Of a stretch of DNA of 64,000 nt, positions 1 through 13,609 are shown piece after piece. The stretch is from positions 124,001 through 188,000 of the forward strand of contig NW_021831285.1 in assembly GCF_006345805.1 (NCBI RefSeq), given 5' to 3'. A model generated the notes under the pieces. The model was given only the letters and a program-made list of their open reading frames with translations. It was not told the origin of the DNA and ran no database searches. This stretch comes from Octopus sinensis (taxonomy: Eukaryota). Every line of letters starts with the position of its first letter. Position 1 is the first letter of the stretch. A program made the position numbers and the translations under genes.

Positions 1-329
1 TGACAGTAAATATTCGCCAATACCGAGTGGGAACCATTTTTCCATCAACCGGATAGACTTCTGAGCACGTCCATTTTTTTTCTCACATTTACGAAGGAGG
101 TTGTCTGCGTGCTGGGAGAAGCAGAGGTGCATGTCAAGGGTTACTTCTAGAACCGTCTGACTTTTGTAGAAGGGTACAGACACATTGTTCAGCTTCAAGT
201 CGACTGAAGTCCTTCCCAATCTTTTGTCGGATGTGAAAATTGTGATAAAGTTAAAGTTGTACAGATTGCAATTCTTTAGTTTTGAGTTCAATATCTCTTG
301 GAACAATGGCCAGTTCGCCGCACTGTAAT

Positions 330-1716
330 TGTATAGAAATTGTATTAGACAATACAATTGCCGGACTTAAAAATGATTAGAATTATTTATAATAAGATTT
401 TAATAAGCTTGGCTCTCTATTAACCAATGACCTACTCCCACTGGGCTCAGGCACACTCATCCTAATACAAAAAGCCAACAAAACCTCCGTCCTGTAATAC
501 TACTAAACACTCTGAGAAACCTTTTCACACTCGTTGCACTCGGTCGCATAACCCGAACTGTTAATGAATATCTCTCCCCCAGTCACAGCGGATTCAGGAC
601 TGGAAGATCCACAGCTGATATAGTCTGGAATCAAATGGCGCTGCGCTGTCCAGCAAAAATTCAAGAAAGCTACGGCTATCCTTGATATCGATATGTCATA
701 GGCTTTTGACTGTGTCCGTCGTGACCTACTGATCGGGGTTCTGGAAAGCTTCCTAGAGGTGGATGAAGTGAGAATGATACGGTTACTACTTACTAAGACA
801 GAACTTTCTGTTCGTATTGGGTCAGTCTCCTCCAGGCGGTTCAAAACGAATGTCGGCACACCTCAAGAGGATTCTTTCTCCCCCCTGCTATTTGTAATCT
901 ATCTGGAAGCCGCCTTGAGAGATTTGAGAACTTTCTATAATGATTCTATCACCGAAATTGTATATGCCGACGATGTGGACAATAGATGATCTAATTCATC
1001 TACTAAACAATTTCTCACGGGTGCTTAACAAATGGTTTTCGATAATTAACACTTCCAAAAAAGAATTGACGGAGATAAAACGAATGGACATCAGAATTGG
1101 TAACGTCAACAAACTCGGCTCTTTACTTGGAGACAGTGAAGACATTTCTTGCAGAAAGATGCTTGCTACCGCAGCTCTGAACAGAATACGTAAAAATAGC
1201 TCCAAGCTTGGCCGATAAATCGGGCCCTCAGATCAAGGCTTTATAATGCATTCGTAAAGCCTGTTCTACATTATACAACTCGTCAACATGGGGGATCTCG
1301 GACACTGAACTGAAGACTATAGATCTTTTCACCGTAAACAACTACGTCTCTTACACGGAATACAGTGGCTATCAAAAATTAACAATCTATCTCTGTATAG
1401 ACATTACGATGCTACGCCGTTGTCTCAAGAAATCGTTGGAGCCCGGTCGAAATTATTTGGTTATACTTTGCGAATGGACCCCAGAGCTCCGGCCAATCGC
1501 ACATTGGACAATTATTTCTCCAAACATGGAGATAAATATTGTGGAAGACCTAGATTCACTCTTCCGGCAGTTCTGGAAAGGGATCTTAGACTTCATAGCA
1601 AAAGTTTCAAAAACTGGGACGACCTAGAATCTTTGCGGGATTTCGCCCGCAACAAAGGGGCATGGACGAGGATGGTCCAGAAAATTATTTCGCTTGTGAC
1701 ACGTGTGGGATTATAA
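330..1716 (+). mobile_element. Decayed RTE-clade non-LTR retrotransposon (RT region)
   Basis: Frameshifted pieces NLRPVILLNTLR, SHSGFR, NVGTPQEDSFSPLLF, YADDVD, NKLGSLLG, LFGYTLRM. Collinear with the RTE at 31607-34547. Confidence 0.85.
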
Positions 1717-1749
1717 CTTTGTTTATGTTCCTACGAAATGTGTTATAAT

Positions 1750-2260
1750 AATGGCTCTCTATCAGAAGACGCTGAAGATGTACTAAGGAGAAAAACACTG
1801 GGAGATGCGACACTAATTAAACTGCTTTACAACGCGTTTGTGAACCCGATCCTACAGTACAACGAGGGACATGGAGAAGGCAACTATTAAAACTAAATAC
1901 GTTTCATAAAAGGCAACTAAGAAGCTTATATTGAATGAAGTAGTCACAAAGAATATCAATCACGGATATTTACAATAGACTTATGTGCTCCTACATCGGC
2001 TGGGATGTGATAGATGCCCCGTGGAGACTATTTGAGCATGTACTAAGAATGAACCCAGATGAACCCACTAACAAAGCGATGGAAGATTACTTTGACAGTT
2101 GCGACAAACCCTTCCGCGGACAATCTGAATTGACATTACCGACTGCCTTAAACAAAGACCTAAATCAAGTGAGGAAAATCTAAAAACAGGGGGACGACCT
2201 GGACGAATTGAAATCACTCGCATTTGAAAGAGGAAGATGGAAAAACTAACCATAAATATT
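1750..2260 (+). mobile_element. Second decayed RTE 3' fragment
   Basis: LLYNAFVNPILQYN, PWRLFEHVLRM, FRGQSELTLP match the C-terminus of the RTE ORF. Confidence 0.7.
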
Positions 2261-2387
2261 GTTTCTTTGAGTCTCGTCCAAGTGCTGTATTAAGAATACA
2301 TTTTAATTGAATTACTTTGTGAAGATAGGTTAAGTTATCCAATTAAGTCGTTATCCGATCTTTGGAGATCTCATAAAACAATTTTCT

Positions 2388-3488
2388 TCATTCATCCTGT
2401 TCATTCGGAATTTCGAGAAGCTTTGATAAAGACAATCCCGTGACGTCTTCTATCATTGATAGCCATCGAGTTTTCGGTCGGCCTGGATTTCTCTTCCCAG
2501 TAATATTGCTCAGTATAATAATTCTTTCCAATAAACCAGAACGGGCGACATGCCAAAAAAACGCCAATCTGTGTTTTAGGATTTTACCTTCAATCAAAAT
2601 GGCTGTATCCAAACGGTGAGTATATCGATGTTGGTTATTTTGAACGTCCAAAGAATTCTCAGTAAACTCCTCCAGCACCAAAGTTCAAAAGCATCAATTT
2701 TTTTATCTATCCGTTTTTTCAGTATCCATGTTTCAGCGCCGTATATAAAAACCGGAAACACAATCGAATTGACCAGTCTTCGTTTGATTCTTAAGCAAAT
2801 ATCTCTGCTTTTCCTTATAATGTTCATTTTCAGGAAAGCACTTCGTTCCATGGGAATTTGCTACTTGATTTCCAAACCTAGGTCACCATTTTGATTAATT
2901 AAGAATCCAGAAAGACAACATTATTGTAACTCTTTATTTTCTCATTCCAATTTTTAGCTCAATTCCATTATTAACAGTCGTTTGTTTTGGCCAGTAACGT
3001 TGTATCGTCGACATAACGAAAATTATTGACGTCCCTGTCTGCAATTTTGATCCCGACATTCGATACAGTATCCAATTCAAACATGATCATTTCGGCTTAA
3101 ATATTAAATATGATGAGAGATAATAAGAAAAATTACCCCTTTACTAATTGTGAACCATTCGGTATCTCCTTACACTGTTCTAACAGTAGCTCCTTTGTTC
3201 TTAAAAATATATTTGATAAGCAATATTAGATGGCATTGAATCCAAATTCTTTTAACGCGGACCACAACATGTCATGTATAACGGAATCAAAAGCTTTCCG
3301 AGAAAGCATGTGAATACACTTTTTTGGGATTCATGGGATTTTTCTATAATCGATCGGAAATTTTCTATATGATCAAATGTATTTCGTCTCTTCCTGAATT
3401 CTGTTTGGACACCCGGTAAAGCCATTTCGGCATTTGGCATTAGCAAGGCCGAAATAAATTTTTTACACGATATTTCTAATACATACAA
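2388..3488 (-). mobile_element. Decayed RTE (BovB/RTE-1-like) RT fragment
   Basis: RNTFDHIENFRSIIEKS, SIVFPVFIYGAETW, IDAFELWCWRSLLRI, GKRNPGRPKTRW. Confidence 0.8.
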
Positions 3489-3630
3489 GCTTTCAACATG
3501 AAACTAATGTTATAAAGAGACACATTTGACAGTGGGAAACACTGAACATTTTTCTTTTTTAAAAAGTGTAATTTTGAATTGTTATAAGGAGAAATAACAG
3601 GATTTCTTCTACAATTTGAGACACTTTTTA

Positions 3631-3900
3631 AAATGATTAATTTGAAATATGAGTCAGATCTGAAAAAAGATTTATGGTAAGCTTAGACAGCTTTTATAAA
3701 TTTCTCTTTCCGAAGTATCCCAACTTAATACCCTTAGCTGCAAAGATTTTGTCAATTTTTGGAGCACATATTTATGTGAACAACTTTTTTCTTTAATAAA
3801 CATAAACAAAATAAGATTTCGATCGAGGCTCACCTACACTCATCTAATTGAGATTCTAAGATTGATTATAGCTACAAAAGCACAAACCGAGATGAACAGA
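3631..3900 (+). mobile_element. hAT transposase C-terminal (dimerization domain) remnant
   Basis: Frameshifted KILSIFG-STYLCEQLFSLININK...RSRL motif. Confidence 0.55.
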
Positions 3901-4288
3901 TTCTGCTAAAACTTTCAGAAGATTTCATATTTTAACGTCTCCAGATCCGAACTACTATTCACTACATGAAAGTGATTGCTTGGAGTTATTTTTTGTCTCT
4001 GCTTCGCTAATCCAATATCGTGAAACCTCCAATCGTAAGGATAACATTAAAAATGACCATATACACTAAGCCTAAAAAACCGTTTTTATAAATACGACAT
4101 ATTTGGCAAAAATAGCCGAAATTTTTCGTTGTCAATATTGAAAGGAATTCTTAAATTTACCCTAAATTATATTATTTTGTATTGTGTTATATATCTAAAT
4201 TAAAAATGTTATTCACACGGTCAAGTCAAAGGATATGTCTACATAATTACCATCTCGATAAATAACATCCATGCTGATTGGTCTAGAT

Positions 4289-5916
4289 CAGGGGTGGCCA
4301 ACCTTTTTCACCGGCGAGCTACTTTTCATTTTGCGATTTTTTGGAGATCGACTTATATATTTTAATATCAAAAATTTTATTTTACAATTAAAAATTAATG
4401 CGATTTTTGGCATTGTAATTCACTTGCGATTATTTCAAATTCTGGCTCGTATAAGCTTATTGCTATTCTCATGCAATCCCCAAGATGGTCATCCGTTAAA
4501 CGTGTCCTGTATTGAGATTTTATCATTTTCATACTTGAAAATGATGTTTCGGATAAATATGTGCTTCCAAAGCATGAAAGAATTCGTTGATACGAATCAA
4601 TCAAAATTGGATATTTTTCCTGAGACATAAATTTCCACATGTTGACATTTGAATGTAATTTTAAAGTGATGTCATTTTTTAGATTTATAATTTCTATTTG
4701 ACTGTTTCTTCGATCAACGTCAAAAATCTTGCTAAATTCTTCTGAAATATTTTCGATGTCTACATCCATGAACGGAGAAACAAAGAAACTGCATAATATA
4801 GTAATTCTTGAAATCGCTAAATCTGTTATTAAACTCGTTCATTATTTTTTCTAGTACCATAGCAAATTCATTGACATAATGATTTTTATTCACAAGTTGT
4901 TTTGTGAATTCATCTTCAATGTTAGGAAAATGGGTAAAATTTTCTCTTTCTGATTTGAGATATCCATAATTCCAACTTCATTATGAAAGCATTTATTGAA
5001 CTGATCATATCGATAATATATCTATTCTTTCCCTGTAATTCTAAATTGAGTTCATTCAGTTGCTGGTAATATCGGTTAAAAATGCCAAGTTTATTAGCCA
5101 ATCAGGATTTTCAAGAAAATGCCAATTCTTGTTGTTTTCTTTAGAAAATTCTTTAATGTATGATAATAATTCTCTGAAACGACTGAGAATTAATCCCTTG
5201 CTTAACCATCTTATGTCACAATGTAAAGGTAGATCGCCATAGATTGCATCGACTTGTTCTAGAAAAAGTCGAAATAATCTTCTTTGTAGTGGCTTGGCTC
5301 GGATGGAATTAATAATTTTAACTGTTGTCTCCATAACATAGTTGAAATTTAACATTTTCCCACATAATGCATGTTGGTGAATGATGCAATGATATGATAA
5401 AAATTTCGGAAAATGTTCATCTTTCCGACAAAATGCAATAAATCCATTTTGATTCCCAATCATTGCAAGGGCTCCATCTGTTGTTATGGATACAAGTTTC
5501 TTCATTAACGGTAATAATTCGAATGATAACAAAAACGTTTTGAAAGAATTATAAATATTTTCACCAGTTGTTCTTTCTTTCATAGGTATAATAGCAAATA
5601 ACTCTTCCTTGACAGTTAGATCATGAAAGATTAAACGGGAAAATACACATAGATGGGCGATATCAATAGCATCGTTTGATTCGTCAAACTGTAGAGAAAA
5701 ACACGAACATGCGTAAAGATCCTTTTTTAACTGCGAAAGAAGATTTTCAGAAATGCTTTCAGCCCTTCTGACAATTGACTGTTTTGAGAGCTGAAGCTCT
5801 TTGATGCAATTTGAAATTTCCTGTTTATTTTTCATACCATCAAATAGTGAATCGGCAGCTTCCAAAAAACAAGATTTTAAAATTTCCCCATCAGTGAAAG
5901 GTTTTTTGTGTTTTAC
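4289..5916 (-). mobile_element. SPIN/GTF2IRD2-like hAT element, 5'-truncated
   Basis: TIR CAGGGGTGGCCAAC at 4289 preceded by GTCTAGAT, matching the Charlie-type target consensus NTCTAGAN. ORFs 5056-5865 and 4395-4769 contain SLQFDESND, TTDGA, HCIIHQ, DIRWLSKG, GSTYLSETSFS. The other TIR is absent. Confidence 0.9.
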
Positions 5917-5934
5917 GACTAGACTAGAATCTAG

Positions 5935-6070
5935 ACTCTAGATTTACATAGATTGTATAATCTTTCATTTGAGATTTTCCTTGCCCAGAAGATTCCGATC
6001 AATATACGGATTTGATTCCTATGAAATGGATCTAACTTCACTAAATCATTTTTGAGGTTCTCCATGTTCC
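5935..6070 (-). mobile_element. Short RTE RT C-terminal fragment
   Basis: DPFHRNQIRILIGIFWARKISNERLYNLCKSR aligns with DSFHRRQLRSLLGLNWP in the full-length RTE. Confidence 0.6.
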
Positions 6071-6502
6071 AAAATTATAGAGCAGGACTTTTATGTGGAT
6101 ACAAAAGTTGAATGTTCAACGTCAAGGAACAACGGATTGTGACATTTTTGACGAAATGAGAAAATATGCCTTGATGGTATCCTTCAAGCGTAGTGTGGAT
6201 ACTCCGCTTAGCGACTTTGAGGCAAACTCGACTGAGACAATCGTTTTTTTGCCAGAACAGTGAATAAAGACTTTCTATAATGATGATAATTAGATGTTTT
6301 TGGAGACGGTGAACAATGCAAAGAAGCCATGTTAAGTTTCATATCAAGACCTCTTTCCTTAACCACATAACATCCATTTAGAATTTCCACATCCAGCTGA
6401 AGTGGCGAGAGTTCTCAGCTGAGTCGTTCTAATGCACTTCATGAAGCGACTTTTAGAAGTTTACTATCCCAGAATTGATAAAATATATTGTTACCTCTAT
6501 AG

Positions 6503-8623
6503 CATAGGTTTTCACGAGAAATTTCTCGCGGCGCAAATGCTAATAAAAAATAATCTCGCGGCACATAATCAAAAATCAAAACATAATTATAAAATTCCAA
6601 ATTCAAAATTTATTATTTTTACATAATTTTTCTATGTCTGGCTCAATATTTGATAAGGCCAGTCGCATTTCTGAATCTAAATCCAGTAGATTTTCTCGCT
6701 TATTTGTTTTAATGTTTTGTAATGCAGAAAATCCCTTTTCACACAAATAAGTTGTTGCAAATTGTAGAATGATCCGCATTGCTTTATCTGTTATTTTTGG
6801 AAATCTAGAACGAATTTTGATCCACAATTCGCCAATATTTTATTCCGTATGTGATAATTTTAAGGTACGATCATTAAATAGTTCAATAAGCTCCATATTT
6901 TCGAACGGTGATAACTCATTACTATGACTAACCAAAAATGGATTCCGTATCTAAAACTAATTATTAAAATAAATACCCAATCATATTTTCAATGTCTATG
7001 TCTGGAAAATAATTATTGACTTTTTGTTCCAATGATGTCAAATGCTCATATATAAGACTTTGTATTATGGTACCGTCAGAATCTAAATTGGCTTTATAAA
7101 TTAGAATGCGAAACCATTAGTCTTAGGAAACATGCTAAAATCCCCACTTAATACTAGTCTTCTCCAATATGTAATATTCATTTTTAAAGCATTTAACTTG
7201 TCCGTACAACTCAAAATTGTCTCATTATTTCCTTGCATGCTTAGATTCACATCATTCAATATCGAAAATATGTCCGTTAGATATGCTAATTTTAATTTCC
7301 AATTCGAATTGCTGATCAATTCATGAAATTGATAGCATTGTTCTCTCGTGAAAAATTCAGCTATCGTGTCCTTTAATTCATACACTCTGGCCAGTGCCCT
7401 TCCCCGTGATAACCATCGTATTTCGGTATGTAACAATAAATTTTATAACTTGCTCCCATTTCATCGCATAAAGAATTAAAAATTCTAGAATTTTTAGATC
7501 GAGTTTTTATATAATTGATCATTTTTATGACATCATCCATAACTGATTTTAAAGAAGACGGAAGAGTTTTCGAAACCAATACTTCACGATGTAAAAAACA
7601 ATGTGTTGAAAGTATTTGATCATTCTGTGCTTTTAGTAAAGAAACCTGAATTTAATCATATAAAAACAATATACAAGTCCATTAAGTCTTCCAGACATAG
7701 ATGGTGTCCCATCTGTGCATACACCAACACAATTTTAAAGGAAATATTATGTTGATTAAAATAATCAAATATCAAATTGTACATATCAATTGCACGAGTA
7801 GTAGTAACTAATGCCTTGCAGAAAAGAAATTGTTCAATAATACTTTCTGACTTTTCAGTACGAATATAAATAAGCAGCTGTGCAATTCCTGCTACGTCAG
7901 TTGATTCGTCAATTTGCAATGAATATAAATTGTTTTTCATTATAGATACCACTTTTCTTCAATATCAAACGACATTGTACTAATTCTTCGACAAATAGTA
8001 TTGTCAGAAAAGGGAATTTTCAATAATTTTTTTTCAAATTCCACGCCAACATTGTTCGGACTATTAATTTGCATGCTAGAAGGATAAGATTTTCGGCAAT
8101 TGTATGAGGTTTCATTTTCTTGGCAATCAATTCCGATACTAGATAAGAGCACTTTACTGCATCTTCTGATTTTCCAAATGATTTTGAAAATGATTTTTTA
8201 CTTACTCTAAATATGTATATATATAATTATTAACACTACCTATGTTTTTTGCTAATTCTTTAAAATAATCAATTGAATAATCTTTATATTCCGGGTGCTT
8301 AGATAAAAAATGTCTACGAAGTTTAGATGGAACCATTGATTCATTCGACAACACCTCCATGCAAATCAGGCACTGGTGGTAAACTATTCCAGTGCCAAAC
8401 AGTCAAAACCCATAGATAAAAAAGATGATTTGTAATGACGAATACTCCGATGCACAGACATAACAAATAGCAACGTGATTATAATTTATTATAATTGTTT
8501 CATTATAAATAATTTTAAGTTAAAAATTAAACAAAAATAAGTAAATATAGATCTTCACGCGGCACATTTTTTATCGTCCCGCGGCACAAAAATGTGCCGC
8601 GGCGCAGTGTTTGAAAACCTCTG
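6503..8623 (-). mobile_element. Buster/Charlie-type hAT (ZBED5/FAM200-like transposase), decayed, with a 29-nt intron
   Basis: TIRs CATAGGTTTTCAC / TTGAAAACCTCTG. 8-bp TSD CTCTATAG at 6495-6502 and 8624-8631. The empty site is visible in the duplicate near 23690. Motifs LQIDESTD, HCFLHRE, TEIRWLSRG, FATTYLCEKGFS. Intron at 7646-7674. Confidence 0.95.
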
Positions 8624-8744
8624 CTCTATAGAATTATCAGAATATTCAATATTCTGTAATTGAAATAATCTTAATAATAAAATGGTATGGTGTGTGTCTG
8701 TCTGTCTGTCTGTCTGTCTGTGTGTGCACACCAACTTCAAATTG

Positions 8745-11340
8745 CAATACGATGTCCTCGACTTACATGATGAGGTCCTTAAAACCTTCCCCCCCAAAAA
8801 AATTAAAAAAAATTTTCTGCATTTTGGTTAAAATGAACAACTACAATGTCCTCGATTTACATGATGAAGTCCTTAAAACCTTCCCCCCCAAAAAAATTAA
8901 AAAAAATTTTCTGCATTTTGGTTAAAATGAACAACTACAATGTCCTCGACTTACATGATGAAGTCCTTAAAACCTCCCCCCAAAAAAATTAAAAAAAATT
9001 TTCTGCATTTTGGTTAAAATGAACAACTACAATGTCCTCGACTTACATGATGAAGTCCTTAAAACCTTCCCCCCCAAAAAAATTAAAAAAAAATTTTCTG
9101 CATTTTGGTTAAAATGAACAACTACAATGTCCTCGACTTACATGATGAAGTCCTTAAAACCTTCCCCCCAAAAAAATTAAAAAAAAATTTCTGCATTTTG
9201 GTTAAAATGAACAACTACAATGTCCTCGACTTACATGATGAAGTCCTTAAAACCTTCCCCCCAAAAAAAATTAAAAAAAAATTTCTGCATTTTGGTTAAA
9301 ATGAACCACTACAATGTCCTCGACTTACATGATGAAGTCCTTAAAACCTCCCCCCCCAAAAAAATTAAAAAAAATTTTCTGCATTTTGGTTAAAATGAAC
9401 AACTACAATGTCCTCGACTTACATGATGAAGTCCTTAAAACCTTCCCCCCAAAAAAAATTAAAAAAAAATTTTCTGCATTTTGGTTAAAATGAACAACTA
9501 CAATGTCCTCGATTTACATGATGAAGTCCTTAAAACCTTCCCCCCCAAAAAAATTAAAAAAAAATTTTCTGCATTTTGGTTAAAATGAACAACTACAATG
9601 TCCTCGACTTACATGATGAAGTCCTTAAAACCTTCCCCCAAAAAAATTAAAAAAAATTTTCTGCATTTTGGTTAAAATGAACAACTACAATGTCCTCGAC
9701 TTACATGATGAAGTCCTTAAAACCTCCCCCCCCAAAAAAATTAAAAAAAAATTTCGCATTTTTGGTTTTGGTTAAAATGAACAACTACAATGTCCTCGAC
9801 TTACATGATGAAGTCCTTAAAACCTTCCCCCCAAAAAAATTAAAAAAAAATTTTCTGCATTTTGGTTAAAATGAACAACTACAATGTCCTCGACTTACAT
9901 ATGATGAAGTCCTTAAAACCTCCCCCCAAAAAAAATTAAAAAAAAATTTCTGCATTTTGGTTAAAATGAACAACTACAATGTCCTCGACTTACATGATGA
10001 AGTCCTTAAAACCTTCCCCCCAAAAAAAATTAAAAAAAAAATTTTCTGCATTTTGGTTAAAATGAACAACTACAATGTCCTCGACTTACATGATGAAGTC
10101 CTTAAAACCTTCCCCCCAAAAAAAATTAAAAAAAATTTTCTGCATTTTGGTTAAAATGAACAACTACAATGTCCTCGATTTACATGATGAAGTCCTTAAA
10201 ACCTTCCCCCCCAAAAAAATTAAAAAAAAATTTTCTGCATTTTGGTTAAAATGAACAACTACAATGTCCTCGACTTACATGATGAAGTCCTTAAAACCTC
10301 CCCCAAAAAAAATTAAAAAAAATTTTCTGCATTTTGGTTAAAATGAACAACTACAATGTCCTCGACTTACATGATGAAGTCCTTAAAACCTTCCCCCCAA
10401 AAAAATTAAAAAAAAATTTTCTGCATTTTGGTTAAAATGAACAACTACAATGTCCTCGACTTACATGATGAAGTCCTTAAAACCTTCCCCCCAAAAAAAT
10501 TAAAAAAAATTTTCTGCATTTTGGTTAAAATGAACAACTACAATGTCCTCGACTTACATGATGAAGTCCTTAAAACCTTCCCCCCAAAAAAAATTAAAAA
10601 AAAATTTTCTGCATTTTGGTTAAAATGAACAACTCCAATGTCCTCGACTTACATGATGAAATCCTTAAAACCTTCCCCCAAAAAAAAATTAAAAAAAAAT
10701 TTTCTGCATTTTGGTTAAAATGAACAACTACAATGTCCTCGACTTACATGATGAAGTCCTTAAAACCTTCCCCCCAAAAAAATTTAAAAAAAATTTTCTG
10801 CATTTTGGTTAAAATGAACAACTACAATGTCCTCAACTTACATGATGAAGTCCTTAAAACCTTCCCCCAAAAAAAAAAAAAAAAAATTTTCTGCATTTTG
10901 GTTAAAATGAACAACTACAATGTCCTCAACTTACATGATGAAGTCCTTAAAACCTTCCCCCCAAAAAAAAATTAAAAAAAATTTTCTGCATTTTGGTTAA
11001 AGTGAACAACTACAATGTCCTCAACTTACATGATGAAGTCCTTAAAACCTTCCCCCCCAAAAAAAATTAAAAAAAAAATTCTGCATTTTGGTTAAAGTGA
11101 ACAACTACAATGTCCTCAACTTACATGATGAAGTCCTTAAAACCTTCCCCCCAAAAAAAATTAAAAAAAAATTTTCTGCATTTTGGTTAAAATGAACAAC
11201 TACAATGTCCTCGACTTACATGATGAAGTCCTTAAAACCTTTCCCCCAAAAAATCAAAAAATTATTTTCTGCATTTTGATTAAAATGAACAACGCGAATG
11301 TCCTCGACATTCATGATGAGGTCCATTAAAACCTTCAAGC
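8745..11340. repeat. Tandem satellite, ~94-bp monomer, ~27 copies, inside the Helitron
   Basis: Monomer TGCATTTTGGTTAAAATGAACAACTACAATGTCCTCGACTTACATGATGAAGTCCTTAAAACCTT-C(n)-A(n)-TT-A(n)-TTTTC. Length varies mostly through homopolymer runs. Confidence 0.97.
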
Positions 11341-11475
11341 CAAAAATCTCACGTATTAAGAATATCCTTGATGAAAACGACAGCGAGAATATTAACAATG
11401 ATGAACTCCCAATTATTCGCGATAAAGAAATTCAATTCATCCTATGTTTTTCTCTTTAAAATTAAATGCATATAT

Positions 11476-12765
11476 CAGGGGTCACCAAACTTTTTGCACT
11501 CGCGGGCCGGATTGACCCCAACACAATGAACGCGGGCCGGAGCACGTGCATAGGATTATAATTTTACTAGAAATTCATAAGTGTGTTTTTTACAATAAAA
11601 ACTAATTAAACAAAAATAAAGTAAAAAAAATTTTAATGAGAGCTATGGAACTGTGATCTTTTTTGATAAGTTCATCAATATTTGGTTTTAAATTCTGCAT
11701 CCTATCATGAGAATTGATTTTAAGTGTCCGTCAGTCAATCTTGCACGATGGGCAGACTTAACATATTTCATCCTCGAAAACGTTTGCTCACATTGGTAAG
11801 TTGTGCCAAATATAGAAATCATCTTTATCGCAAAATTCTTTAGTCTCGGAAACTCATCATCCTTGAGATATTCGTAGAACTCAGCGGTTTGGTCCGTCTG
11901 TGACAATCTTTGAGCTGTTCATTTGATTGTAGTCAATAACTTCTAATTGTAATTCATGTTGAACATTTTCAACATTACAAGAAAATGGATTTTCGAACAA
12001 AATTATATCGCTTTCAATTTTGTCAAGTTCAGAAAACTTATGTAAAAAATGATGTTTTATTCTTTGATAATTCCAATTTGGAAAGTAATGTCGATCTCAT
12101 TACAGTTTGCCTCACAAAAACTTTAAAACAAGAAAAGTGTGAAAACTGACGTACTCCAAGTTGTGACTCGAATAACATCAATTTTTGTCGAAATGCTTTA
12201 ATTATCCTGTAGAAATCACAAATTAAGTTTTCCTTTCCTTGTAATTTCAGATTTAGCTCATTCATGTGAGTTTTAACATCAACCAAAAATGATAATTTTG
12301 ATAGCCAAGCAAGATCTGATAATTCGGGATAATAGTTATTTTTACTGGTTAGAAAAATATCAATCTCACTTCTTCGGAGTTTATAAAATCTATTTATACA
12401 TTACCACAGCTAAGCCATCTAACTGCAGTGTAATATGGTAAGTCAAAATATCAGATCCAAAATCGTCAAGTAAAACTTTAAACTGACGGGATAACAGAGA
12501 GATGTTCGTGGCATATTAAACAATAGCTTTCTGCTTTAATTCATCTTTCGCAAAAAATACTTCAATTCCCATAATTTATTGAATACACGGCATTCGCGGT
12601 CAACCTTTCTTTTCATATTAGACATAGCAACAAAGAAAAATTTAACGTTAATGCTGATAAGTTTTTTTTCGAATTAAATCTTGCAAAATAGTTTATTTAA
12701 GTTAATTATTAAGGTATAATTGAATATCTCGAAATAGTGCGCGGGCCGTAGTTTGGTGACGTCTG
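11476..12765 (-). mobile_element. Internally deleted SPIN-like hAT nested in the Helitron
   Basis: TIRs CAGGGGTCACCAAAC / GTTTGGTGACGTCTG. TSD GCATATAT at 11468-11475 and 12766-12773. Motifs IFGTTYQCEQTFS and LNLKLQG. Confidence 0.95.
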
Positions 12766-12844
12766 GCATATATCATTATCGACCATGAATCAAATTAAAG
12801 CTATTATCATATTTGACTTTGACAGAATGTGCAATCACAGATTG

Positions 12845-13047
12845 CACGACTTTGAATAGAGTGTGCAATTAACAGATTTTGAAAAACCACTTTGATAGTT
12901 GAAACCACATTAGCACAATCATTAACACAATTTACCACCAATTGACGCACGACCTGAATAGAGTGTGCAATTAACAGATTTTGAAAAACACTTTGATAGT
13001 TGAAACCACATTAGCACAACCATTAACACAATTTACCACCAATTGAC
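12845..13047. repeat. 102-bp tandem dimer inside the Helitron
   Basis: GAATAGAGTGTGCAATTAACAGATTTTG... occurs at 12854 and 12956. Confidence 0.85.
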
Positions 13048-13426
13048 AGCGCAATCAGAAGAATTTGCGTAAAAATATTAACTATTTACTTGAGTTTTTG
13101 TAAAGATAGAATTTATTTTCGGTATGCCTCTTTTCCTAAACTTTTTTTATTATTCAAAAATATTTTTTAAATAGATAACCGAAGGAGGAAAAACGAAGCT
13201 GAAGAAAAAACGGTCAGCTTAATAAGGTAATTAATTAAATCTTTTTTGTGTGTCGCTTTTTTGTGTGTCGCTTTCTTGCCTGCCGCATTTCCGCCTGCCG
13301 CATCTCCCCTGCCCCATTTCCGCCAGTAAAAAACAAAAAAAGAAAAAAAAGGAAATTACCAAAGGAAAAATGAAAAAATTAAATATAAAAAAAATAAACC
13401 ACAAAAAATGAAAAAAAAAGTGTGCA

Positions 13427-13609
13427 ATGACAATAAACAAGGCCCAGGGACAGTCATTAAAGGTAGTTGGGTTATTTTTAGAGAGTGAGTGCTTTTCACA
13501 TGGACAGCTGAATGTGGGATGCTCGAGGGTAGGCAGAAGAGAAAATTTATTCATATATGCCAAGGAAGGACGGACGACAAACATCGTTTATCAACAGGCG
13601 ATAGAATAG
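13427..13609 (+). pseudogene. Helitron Rep/Hel helicase C-terminal fragment
   Basis: AMTINKAQGQSL...CFSHGQL-VGCSRV...TTNIVY, the Pif1-family helicase motifs V/VI typical of Helitrons. Confidence 0.92.

Noticed and set aside
8692-10975. Repeated 31-aa ORFs (VKMNNYNVLDLHDEVLKTFPPKK...) as a repeat protein
   Set aside because: The frame changes from unit to unit with homopolymer length, and no continuous ORF exists; these are by-products of the satellite.
8745-11340. CRISPR-like array
   Set aside because: There are no unique spacers and no cas genes, and the context is eukaryotic.
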